A stretch of DNA of 64,000 nucleotides from the NCBI GenBank assembly GCA_965223325.1, contig CBDCWI010000002.1:1792001-1856000 (forward strand). Reading direction: 5' to 3'. The notes below the pieces were generated by a model, which was not told where the DNA came from, did no database searches, and saw only the letters and a list, made by a program, of their open reading frames with translations. Origin of the DNA: Candidatus Multivoradales bacterium (lineage in GTDB: Bacteria; Acidobacteriota; Thermoanaerobaculia; Multivoradales; Multivoraceae). Position 1 is the stretch's first letter; the number at the start of each line of letters is the position of its first letter. Below are positions 39,279 through 47,563 of the stretch, in pieces. The position numbers were made by a program, and so were the translations under genes.

Positions 39279-40180
39279 GTGCCGCACCCTCTCCCTCCAC
39301 AGGAATCCGCTACGGCATATCACGGGTCTGTCGTCTCTGGGAGGTTGCCCGGTCTGGCTTCTACGCCGCGCGCAAGCGCCGCGAGTCTTGCGGGATCGAG
39401 AAGCGCAAGACCGGCCCGAAGACGGCGGTCTCGGATCAGGAGCTGGTGGCCATGATCCAAGAGGTCGTGCGCGAGCTCGAGCAGGAGACCGGCTTGCGTG
39501 GCGAAGGGCATCGCAAGGTGAGGGCTCGCCTGAGGGCACGCGACGTCCACGTGGGTCGAGAGCGAGTGCTACGCCTGATGCGCGAGAACTCGCTTCTTGC
39601 ACCTACTCGCGTGGGTCGCGAGCGTGGCCCTCGGGTCCACGACGGGACGATCACGATGCCAGAGCCCGATCTGATGTGGGGCACCGACGCAACGATGACC
39701 TGGACGAGAGAGGAAGGCCTGGCCTGGATCTTCGTCGCCGTGGATCACTGCACCAGCGAGTGCATCGGGATCCACGCCTCGAGGTCGGGGAATCGCTTCG
39801 AGGCTCTCGAGCCTGTGCGCCAGGGCGTTCGTGAGCACTTCGGCGAGCCCGATCAGGGCGTCGCGCTGGGCCTGGGCCTGCGCCACGACTGGGGCAGCGC
39901 GTACGCCAGCCGAGACTTCCAGCAGGAGATCGACTTTCTGGGCATCTGCTCGTCGCCGAGCTTCGTGCGGGCTCCGGAAGGCAACGGTGTCGCCGAGCGC
40001 TTCATCCGAACCCTGAAGGAGCAGCTGCTCTGGGTGAAGAGATTCGACACCGTCGAAGACCTGCGTCTCGCGTTGCTCGACTTCAAGGCGAAGTACAACC
40101 AGAACTGGCTGGTCGAGAAGCACGGCTACCTGACGCCCGCTCAGATCCGTTCAGAGTGGAAGCTCTCAAAGGCCGCCTGA
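39260..40180 (+). CDS. IS3-family transposase OrfB (DDE integrase core)
   Basis: GHRKV, RVLRLMRE, WGTDAT, RHDWGSAY, GNGVAERFIRTLKE; -1 frame relative to orfA. Confidence 0.92.
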   Translation: MEVEEVSAAPSPSTGIRYGISRVCRLWEVARSGFYAARKRRESCGIEKRKTGPKTAVSDQELVAMIQEVVRELEQETGLRGEGHRKVRARLRARDVHVGRERVLRLMRENSLLAPTRVGRERGPRVHDGTITMPEPDLMWGTDATMTWTREEGLAWIFVAVDHCTSECIGIHASRSGNRFEALEPVRQGVREHFGEPDQGVALGLGLRHDWGSAYASRDFQQEIDFLGICSSPSFVRAPEGNGVAERFIRTLKEQLLWVKRFDTVEDLRLALLDFKAKYNQNWLVEKHGYLTPAQIRSEWKLSKAA

Positions 40181-40322
40181 GGAGCGCCACGATGGCGGTA
40201 CCTGCACCATGCAACACCCGCGAGAAGCCCAACACAGGGCAACCTCGCGATCCGATTCCCAAGGCGACGAGGCAGAATCGCCGTCATCACAAACAACTGT
40301 CCACTAAACCAAGACCGCTACA

Positions 40323-40361
40323 GGGCTCCTCCCGTCACTGGGTGTGTCCTGGGAGTTCTAG
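40323..40361 (+). pseudogene. Detached C-terminal beta-strand of the TonB-dependent receptor
   Basis: GGG CTC CTC CCG TCA CTG GGT GTG TCC TGG GAG TTC TAG = GLLPSLGVSWEF*; joins ETDWL in frame when the IS is removed. Confidence 0.88.
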
Positions 40362-40732
40362 CGGCTAGCCAAGGGCGTGGTCTTGCGGCTTTCTACAGAG
40401 GACCTTGGTTGGGATGGCGGTACGGGTAGCGGCGACCTTGCTCTTGTGGTTGGTCGTGTACCACGCCCCTGGCTAGCGTCACCCTTGCGGCTCAAGCGGT
40501 CCGCCGGGCGGGATTTGTTCCAACGCGCTCGCCCTGCACCAGCGACTTCGGACTGCGATGGTCTGGCGCGCGCCGCGGATTCTTGACTTTGCTAAAACGC
40601 CCCTGTTCGGATCGGGACCGCTTCGTTTGCCTCGGCTGAGAGTCGCTACCGGGGTGGACGGGATCGCGTGATCGTCTGGCAAACTAGGCACGCCTTGCGC
40701 TCGGCCAGTCGCGCGCTTTGGAAGGACTTCCA

Positions 40733-40915
40733 TTGGACGAACAACAACGCGCGGTTCTAAGCGCGCTCTTCATGCGCCAGTCGGTACTTTCGCCCGCCGT
40801 CACCATTGACGGCGCACCACTCCTCGGCCAGGCCCTCTTCGCCTTCCAGCCCGAGCGCTGCGCTCCTCGTGCACGTCTCGAGCCTGGCGCGCCACGCGCG
40901 GGCTCGGCGAGATCT
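40733..40915 (+). pseudogene. 5' fragment of HugZ/pyridoxamine-5'-phosphate-oxidase-like gene (frameshifted)
   Basis: GAAGGA RBS, TTG: MDEQQRAVLSALFMRQSVLSPAVTIDGAPLLGQALFAFQPER, then frameshift near 40858 to ALLVHVSSLARHAR. Confidence 0.65.
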
Positions 40916-41233
40916 CGCGCGAATGACCGCGCTGACCAGTTGCATACGAATCAGCTGCTCTACCCCGGTAGGATTTGGGCGCTTTCTTGACACCAGGAGT
41001 ACCATACGCAATACTGTTGGTCCCCAAGTCGTCCCTTTTGCCGGACACTTGGCTAAATCATCTCGTCTCACACCCTTGCCAACTAGCTAGGTGATCCCTG
41101 AGAGGGTTAGGCCCTTGCCTCAGCGCACGTGACGTGCACTGGGTGCGACCATCTGCAGCCTGAGGTGCCGCTTCTCGATTGCTCGAGATCGACTAGGGCG
41201 GCTGCAACCAAAACCCTTGTAGGAGGAACATGC

Positions 41234-41446
41234 ATGTTGAAGACGAAACGGTTCTGGCTGATCGCCCTTTTCCTGGCCATTGCTGCATTTGGCCTCGCCT
41301 TCAGTGGTTCGCTCTTTGCGTTCGGTTGTCGCACCTGCGGCGGCTCCGGGTTGGGCCCCGGCGCATGTGTCAACGGTGGCGACGCGCTCATCTGCATCTA
41401 CGAACCCGGGACCGGATGCATCGACTACTCCAGCTGCACCTACTGA
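41234..41446 (+). CDS. Small secreted cysteine-rich protein (70 aa; about 41-aa mature part with 6 Cys)
   Basis: AGGAGG RBS at 41221; signal peptide MLKTKRFWLIALFLAIAAFGLAFSGSLFA; mature FGCRTCGGSGLGPGACVNGGDALICIYEPGTGCIDYSSCTY. Confidence 0.8.
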   Translation: MLKTKRFWLIALFLAIAAFGLAFSGSLFAFGCRTCGGSGLGPGACVNGGDALICIYEPGTGCIDYSSCTY

Positions 41447-41580
41447 ACCGGCCAGGCAACCCCCTGGTTTACTAGTCGATGACTCTCACGGGCCCCTCTT
41501 ACGACTCCTCGCTGATCGGCGAGGCCCCAGGAGGGGCCCCGCTTGCTCCTCAGTTCCCTACTCAGCCTCTTGTACTCGCC

Positions 41581-43860
41581 ATGGTCATGGCTATGTTGAT
41601 TCTTCTGCAGACAGCAGTTCCCGCTGTGGGGCAGCTTCGCATCGTTACCTCACCTGCTCGTCCCGACCAAGTTGCGGCCGAACAGACACACGTCATGATC
41701 AAAGCCACTCCGCTGGATTCCACCACCAACAATGGGAAAAGTATCTACGCAGGAGTTTTCGTTCCCGGAGAGGTAGAGCTGCCAGCCACGTCTGGTGGTT
41801 GGACCATTGAACTCCGTCGAGAGAAACGGCGGGACTTTAGCTACTGGACACCGCCCAAGGTTCTTGCGGACGTCGCGCTTACGCGTTCCGTAGATATGGA
41901 GATCTGGCCCACCGGCTCTTTCTCAACACAACTTCTTGCAGAGAGTGATGGCGGTGGGGTGCTAGAGCTTCCTAGCGACGTCGGACCTTTGAAAGCTCGC
42001 TTCTCGCGAGCCCAAGCGCGTCGTAGCTGCTGCGCCAAGGTTGATCTTGAACCCACAGGAGAAGTCGAGTGCAGCCGGGAAACTGAAGGCGAAACCGCTT
42101 TTCGGTGTGCACTTCCGGCAGCTGCCTTGGACGTCCGTCTGAGACTAGAAGGCTACTCGGCTCACTACCTGTGGGGGCACCAGGTCGAAGAGGGTAAGAA
42201 CTCTCGACTGGGGCCAGTGAAACTCGAGAAGGGAGCTTCACTAGTGGGCTGGGTGGTGACCTCCGACAATGGCCCACTAGATCGCAACATTCGGGCTACG
42301 GCAATGCCCGGAAACATGTTCGACTTCGACGATAGGCGTGGAGTCGATCAGATCACCCTAGAAGCTGTCGCCGATGACCACGGCTTCTTCCAGTTCGATG
42401 GACTCAAGCAAGGTACGTACGCACTGGAAGTTGAGAAGCCCGGCTATGCCACCACCCGCGTCAATGGGATCGAGATCTTCGATGACCTGGAAGCCAGCCT
42501 GATCCACCCGGTGGAGCTCCGCCGCCCGGCCGTCGTAACCCTGGTTGTTGACCCACCACGCGATCCTTCCGACCGCGCCTGGCGTGGGTTTCTTATCAAC
42601 AGGGTTCGAGACGCCGAGATATCTCCAGTGTTTCAGTTCGACGATGGGGGCACCTACCAGTCTCAGGGGCTCCAACCAGGCAACTACATCCTCCATGTGC
42701 GGTCAGCCTCAGGCAGCACCTACTACTCAGGGTATGCCGATATCGACGGGGAGACCTTTCTCCCGGTATCGATCCCACTGATTCCAGTACGGGGCTTAGT
42801 CAAACTGGGGAAGGAGCCCGTTGAAGCCGATCTGGTTTTTGGCCCGCCGGAAGAAATCAAGATGCGATCTGGGGAAGACGGCCAGTTCGAGGGCTACTTA
42901 CCTCGCGATGGAGCTTGGGAAGTAGAGATCTTCTCAAAGAAGCAAAACGTCCACAGGCGACTTCGAAAAGTGAAGGTTGAGGAACGAAACGGTACCGCAC
43001 GCCTACGCTTCGATCTTGAGGACACCTTGATCGAAGGCATCGTTGTCGATCCCAGGGGAGACCCCATCGATCGAGCCCTCGTGGTAATCCGCCCTGAGGG
43101 GTCTACCGAGTCCAACTTCAACGTCGACATCCACCAAGAAGACGCCGGCCACTTCGAGGTTCGTGGCCTGCCAGAAGGCGACCTCATCCTCAGCGCTCAC
43201 AACGACACGGCGGCGAGCCCCGAGTTCAGCGTACGCCTCACCGAGGGCATGACCCCTCCCCCCATGCGCCTGGTCCTCGAAGAACGACGCACTGTGACCG
43301 GCCGCCTGGTGGGTCCCTACGGGGTAGTGCCTGGCGCTACGGTCGCTGCTGCACCGACTGGACTAGCGATGCCCTACGCATGGTTTCTCCAGGATCATTC
43401 CGACGCACGGGGCCAGTTCTTCATACGAGCCCCACCGGAAACATCAGAGCTCCTTCTCTGGGTTTATGCGCCAGGCTATTCGTTGAGAGCCCTCAGGGTA
43501 AGCGCCACATCCGAGGACTTGGGCGAGATCCACCTCGATCGAAACGGAGGCACCCTGAGTCTCAGGTTCCCACCTGAAAGAGCCAACGACATCCTTCTGT
43601 TCAACAGTGGTGGGCCTCTCAGCATCCACAATCTGCGGCATTGGATTCGCACCAATCCCAGCCTGAACACTTTCTCCGGGCCAGGGACGCTCATCGTTCC
43701 GCAGGTCGCGCCTGACCTGTACATCGGGTGCCTCCTAGAAGATGGGACCGCCGAGTACTACACCGCCATCCGTGCGGGAGGGCGGGTTCCGCTTGGAGAC
43801 TGCGTACAACCACAGCAACTAGACCCTGGCTCCGAAGTGAGCATCAACCTTTCTGAGTAG
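41581..43860 (+). CDS. Secreted carboxypeptidase-regulatory-like (Ig/transthyretin-like) repeat protein
   Basis: Repeats such as GASLVGWV..ADDHGFFQFDGLKQGTYALEVEKPGY, IEGIVVDPRGDPIDRALV, VTGRLVG..SDARGQF; ORF open from 41479, signal peptide best from 41581. Confidence 0.8.
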   Translation: MVMAMLILLQTAVPAVGQLRIVTSPARPDQVAAEQTHVMIKATPLDSTTNNGKSIYAGVFVPGEVELPATSGGWTIELRREKRRDFSYWTPPKVLADVALTRSVDMEIWPTGSFSTQLLAESDGGGVLELPSDVGPLKARFSRAQARRSCCAKVDLEPTGEVECSRETEGETAFRCALPAAALDVRLRLEGYSAHYLWGHQVEEGKNSRLGPVKLEKGASLVGWVVTSDNGPLDRNIRATAMPGNMFDFDDRRGVDQITLEAVADDHGFFQFDGLKQGTYALEVEKPGYATTRVNGIEIFDDLEASLIHPVELRRPAVVTLVVDPPRDPSDRAWRGFLINRVRDAEISPVFQFDDGGTYQSQGLQPGNYILHVRSASGSTYYSGYADIDGETFLPVSIPLIPVRGLVKLGKEPVEADLVFGPPEEIKMRSGEDGQFEGYLPRDGAWEVEIFSKKQNVHRRLRKVKVEERNGTARLRFDLEDTLIEGIVVDPRGDPIDRALVVIRPEGSTESNFNVDIHQEDAGHFEVRGLPEGDLILSAHNDTAASPEFSVRLTEGMTPPPMRLVLEERRTVTGRLVGPYGVVPGATVAAAPTGLAMPYAWFLQDHSDARGQFFIRAPPETSELLLWVYAPGYSLRALRVSATSEDLGEIHLDRNGGTLSLRFPPERANDILLFNSGGPLSIHNLRHWIRTNPSLNTFSGPGTLIVPQVAPDLYIGCLLEDGTAEYYTAIRAGGRVPLGDCVQPQQLDPGSEVSINLSE

Positions 43861-43933
43861 GACATGGACAGGCCAGAGGGATGGTCCATTGTCGGTGGCT
43901 CACCGCCGCTTCTGACCATTTCTCTCCGCGGCG

Positions 43934-44275
43934 TCAGGAACCCCTTCGCGTGAATGGCCGCGTGCGGTCCCGGGGGCGCCGCAGGCACTCATCGCTCCCT
44001 AGCTCGAACTCCTCCATGTCCTCGGTAAAGTCGAGAACCATCTGGATCGCCGCCTCATCCACGTTGTTGTCGTTGTAGCTGTCAACGTCGCTCCGGAGCT
44101 GCCAACAGCCGCCAACGATCTGCCTACGGCGCTGCTTGAAGGCAATCTCCACGTGGGCGTGGCTCGCGGTCCGGATCTCTGCCCATAGCGTGCGCTGCCC
44201 CCTTCCCCACCGGAACTCGAGCCACATGCTTCGTGCAAACTCGACGCCCCTGTGGATGGGTGAAGTACCCCTGCC
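43934..44275 (-). pseudogene. 5'-truncated, frameshifted remnant of a conserved hypothetical protein
   Basis: YFTHPQGRRVCTKHVAR, then frameshift in a G5 run near 44200, then GQRTLWAEIRTASHAHVEIAFKQRRRQIVGGCWQLRSDVDSYNDN..IQMVLDFTED. Confidence 0.55.
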
Positions 44276-44443
44276 AAGACGCGCTATCTCGCCAAGCTAC
44301 CGAGTGGTGAGATCACGTTTGGGCTGGGCGACTTCACGCTCTACGAGTTGGCGATCGAGAGTGGGCGCTTCGTCTCCGGTTTCGCGGGGGCCCACACCAT
44401 CAACCGGGAGATCCTGGCGGAGCTGCCGGCCCTTTCTACCTAG
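44273..44443 (+). pseudogene. 3' fragment of HugZ/PNPOx-like gene
   Basis: AKTRYLAKLPSGEITFGLGDFTLYELAIESGRFVSGFAGAHTINREILAELPALST*, with no start of its own. Confidence 0.7.
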
Positions 44444-46128
44444 CGGTGTCGGTTCCAGGTCACCATCAAGGGCGCGAGAACGAAGGGCAGGAACACACCA
44501 CACAAAGCCGCCGGAACCAGGAAAAGCGGCAGGCGCTCGATCGACGAGATGCCGGGTGCCATCGCGTCACGAAGAGCGGGGAAGCGCACGAGCAGGAGCA
44601 CCGAGAAGAAGAGCAGGGCGAGCGCGCCGCGTGCCAGGGTGCGGCCGCTCCAGACCCGCTCGCGCAGGCAGATCCAGGAACTCACTGTCAACGCCACGGG
44701 TAGGAGCGCTGCGACGAAAGCCACTGCCATCGGCATGGCGCCGCGCCACGCGGACCAGCCGGTAATCCGTTCGGCGACGAAAAGGAGGGCGATCGAAGCG
44801 AGTGGCGCGATCGAGAACACGTTCAGAACCCAGTTGCGGCCCGAAAGCGCAGCGCTCAAGACACAGCCGCAGGCTGCCAGTGCCCAACCGACCAGCACTG
44901 CGGCCAGGAGCAGAAGGTCGAAAGAAGTGGTGTGGCTCAGGGCCTCGGCGATTCCTTGGACGACGAGCGCGACACGCTCACCGTCGCCCCAGAGCCGCAG
45001 GAGGCCAACGACCAGAACCACCGCAACGAGCGCCACTGCCCAACTCGCCGCCACACTTCGAAGTGCCGCCCTGAAGAGGAGGAGTGCCAGATCCCTGTCG
45101 CTGACTGGTCTGGTCGCACGCAGGCGGTCGAGACCTGCCTCGCTCATCGACTGGTCGAAGCGACCGTGCAGCATTCCGGTGGCGATCGGAGCCATGAAGA
45201 TCGCCAGAGCCAGGTACACAAAGGACGTACGAAGCAGACTGCCGGTTTCGTAGCTCGGGAAGGACCCCGCCAGAAGACCGGTGCCGAACGAGAAGAGCGT
45301 CAGAAGCGGCACGTAGCGCCCCTTCTCTCGCCACTCCATCCACAGCTGCGCATGGCGAGCGTCCCTGAACAGATTGCGGCGCGCAACCCGCGTTTCGGAG
45401 CCTGGGCCGGTTGCCGCTTTCTGCCACAGCCGTTCGGAGCCAACCAGGAGACCGGTCGTCGGCCGAGACTCGGCCCGATCGAGCCTCACGCCAACGGTTG
45501 CTGCCGCCACACCCAGAGCGCTCGCCAGGAGAAGAAGCGCCACCTCGAACGTTCCAAAGTCCGCCCAGTGCGCCATGACCGGAACGTCCCGCGGTTTGAG
45601 CCAGGGCTTTAGCCAACCGAGTAGCACAAACGCCAGGGGCAGACCAGCTGGCGCAAGCAGGTAGGGCCGCGTGCCCAACGACCAGCTGAGCGCTAAGGTC
45701 CACACCGTCACCGTGACCATCACCAGGGTCGGGCCGAGGATTGGCCAGCGAGAATCGAAGACAAAACCCACGAAGGCGACGGTCACCAGGTACATCAAAG
45801 ACGCGGTCAAGAGAGCGGGTAAGAGCCTGCCGAGGACCAGGCCGAAGGTCGACACCGGAAGGCGGTAGAGGCGGCGTTCGAAGCCCAGGGCCAGGCCCTC
45901 CGCCCGACACGTCAACAACGTCAGCACGTAGACGAGGAGAACGGTGACAAAGAGTCCCAGGAAAGCGTGTGCCTCCCGTCGTGCGCCCAGCGGCTCGAGC
46001 GCTACTCGATAGATCCCCGCCAGAACGCAGCCCGCAACCGTCACCGTGGCCACCGGTCGCCAAGCCAGCCGCCAGTACTCCCAACCCATGGCACGGGCCA
46101 CCGAAAGACGACCGCCGGGAGCGTTCAA
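44440..46128 (-). CDS. Multi-pass ABC transporter permease-like protein
   Basis: Two homologous hydrophobic halves (RLPVST / TRPVSD, AQLWMEWR); coupled to the ATPase. Confidence 0.75.
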   Translation of the reverse strand: MNAPGGRLSVARAMGWEYWRLAWRPVATVTVAGCVLAGIYRVALEPLGARREAHAFLGLFVTVLLVYVLTLLTCRAEGLALGFERRLYRLPVSTFGLVLGRLLPALLTASLMYLVTVAFVGFVFDSRWPILGPTLVMVTVTVWTLALSWSLGTRPYLLAPAGLPLAFVLLGWLKPWLKPRDVPVMAHWADFGTFEVALLLLASALGVAAATVGVRLDRAESRPTTGLLVGSERLWQKAATGPGSETRVARRNLFRDARHAQLWMEWREKGRYVPLLTLFSFGTGLLAGSFPSYETGSLLRTSFVYLALAIFMAPIATGMLHGRFDQSMSEAGLDRLRATRPVSDRDLALLLFRAALRSVAASWAVALVAVVLVVGLLRLWGDGERVALVVQGIAEALSHTTSFDLLLLAAVLVGWALAACGCVLSAALSGRNWVLNVFSIAPLASIALLFVAERITGWSAWRGAMPMAVAFVAALLPVALTVSSWICLRERVWSGRTLARGALALLFFSVLLLVRFPALRDAMAPGISSIERLPLFLVPAALCGVFLPFVLAPLMVTWNRHR

Positions 46129-47099
46129 GTGCGCTCCGCACCGCCGTCGCTGAGCCCCTGGAAGACCTCATCGAGGGTCGCGGGCGCCGAGTCGAGGAGT
46201 TCGAACCCGCGTTCGGACCACGCGGCCGCTGCCGCCTCACCTTCGAGTGGAACCGCTTCATAGCGGACGAGTGCTGAACGCTCTCCTCGATCACTTCCGT
46301 CGCACCGCGAGAGGCTCGCCAGCGTGACTCCAGAGACCTCCAGGAGCCTTCGCACAAGAGCGCGCTCATCGCCTGATGCTTCAGGAAGAGCAAAGCTGAC
46401 GTGTCGAAACGAATCGAGCACCTCGAGCGTCGCGCCTTTGAACAGAATGCGCCCGCGGTCGATCATCGCCAACTGATCTGAGATGCGCTCCACCTCACCG
46501 AGCAGATGCGACGAGAACAGAACCGTGCGGCCGTCTCGCGCGACACTCTGGATGACGGCCTCTAGAACGTCGCGCCGCACGACCGGATCGAGCCCTGAGG
46601 AAGGCTCATCGAGCACCAGGAGCGGGGGCCGCGGCGCCAGCGCGAGAACCAGCGAGGTGCGGACGTGCTGGCCGCGCGACAGCTCACGCACCCGCTGGCG
46701 CCCATCGAGAGCGAACGACCGACAGAGCGAAGACGCAAGCTCTTCGTCCCACTGCGGATAGAAGGCCCGTGTGTAGCGCAACAGTTCGTCGATACGCATC
46801 CAGCCGGGCAAGTCGCGCTCCTCCGACACGTAGCCAATGCGCGCCAGGATCTCTTTGGGTTGTTTGACCGGGTCGAGCCCGAACACCCGCACCGTTCCGG
46901 ACTGCGCCTTCAAGAGGCCGAGAACGTGACGGATGAGGGTGGTCTTCCCAGCACCGTTACGGCCAATGAGGCCGAGAACTGTCCCTTCTTCGATGTCCAG
47001 GTCGACACGGTCAAGCGCCTGGTGTCGACCGTAGCGTCGGGACAAACCCGCCACCTCGACAAGCGCTCGAACAGCCGCTGCCTGTCTGACCGGACTCAC
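46125..47099 (-). CDS. ABC transporter ATP-binding protein (YtrB-like)
   Basis: GRNGAGKTT, LSRGQ, LVLDEPSSGLD, SSHLL. Confidence 0.95.
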   Translation of the reverse strand: MSPVRQAAAVRALVEVAGLSRRYGRHQALDRVDLDIEEGTVLGLIGRNGAGKTTLIRHVLGLLKAQSGTVRVFGLDPVKQPKEILARIGYVSEERDLPGWMRIDELLRYTRAFYPQWDEELASSLCRSFALDGRQRVRELSRGQHVRTSLVLALAPRPPLLVLDEPSSGLDPVVRRDVLEAVIQSVARDGRTVLFSSHLLGEVERISDQLAMIDRGRILFKGATLEVLDSFRHVSFALPEASGDERALVRRLLEVSGVTLASLSRCDGSDRGERSALVRYEAVPLEGEAAAAAWSERGFELLDSAPATLDEVFQGLSDGGAERT

Positions 47100-47497
47100 G
47101 AACTGCCGGCCTGTGCGCGCGTGCGCTTCTCGAGTGCAGCGCGCCGGCGAAGAACTTTCACCACGTCTTCAAGTGGGATGTCGAGCTGCTCTGCTTCGCC
47201 CAACAATCGATCGACTGCGCGGTCGAGCAGCTCTTGCCGATCGCGCGCCAGAAACGGCGACGAACGATCCGCAACAAAGACCCCATCGCCCTGCCGGCTG
47301 ATGACGAAGCGATCGTGCTCGAGTTCGCGGTAGGCACGGGCGACGGTGTTGGGATTGACGGTGAGCGACTCCGCCAGCACACGTACCGATGGCAAGCGCT
47401 CGCCGGCCGCCAGACGACCCGCGGCGATGCGGCGACGAATCTGGTCGGCGATCTGTTGGTAGATGGGCGTGCTGCCGGGCTGGATTCTCAACCTCAC
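47096..47497 (-). CDS. GntR family regulator, YtrA subfamily
   Basis: PIYQQI, GERLPSVRVLA, VNPNTVARAYRELE, QGDGVFV; short C-terminal domain. Confidence 0.93.
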   Translation of the reverse strand: MRLRIQPGSTPIYQQIADQIRRRIAAGRLAAGERLPSVRVLAESLTVNPNTVARAYRELEHDRFVISRQGDGVFVADRSSPFLARDRQELLDRAVDRLLGEAEQLDIPLEDVVKVLRRRAALEKRTRAQAGSS

Positions 47498-47519
47498 TGT
47501 ATTAGTGTATCAATACAGT
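47496..47519. promoter_or_regulatory. YtrA-type operator inverted repeat
   Basis: ACTGTATT-AGTGTATC-AATACAGT, AT-rich, abutting the GTG start of gntR. Confidence 0.8.
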
Positions 47520-47563
47520 AGACAGACCACCAGCTACGGTGCCACAGAGGTGTCGAAGGCCCG

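Larger units (their letters stand above)
38867..40322 (+). mobile_element. IS3-family insertion sequence (~1.46 kb)
   Basis: Imperfect terminal IRs (TGTCGGCCTGGGTTTTCGTTGGACA at 38871-38895; TGTCCACTAAACCAAGACCGCTACA at 40298-40322); GGG(C) direct repeat at 38864 and 40323; orfA and orfB; left end uncertain by a few bp. Confidence 0.9.

Noticed and set aside
40685-40700. GGCACGCCTTGC sigma54-like element
   Set aside because: GG-GC spacing is two bases too short.
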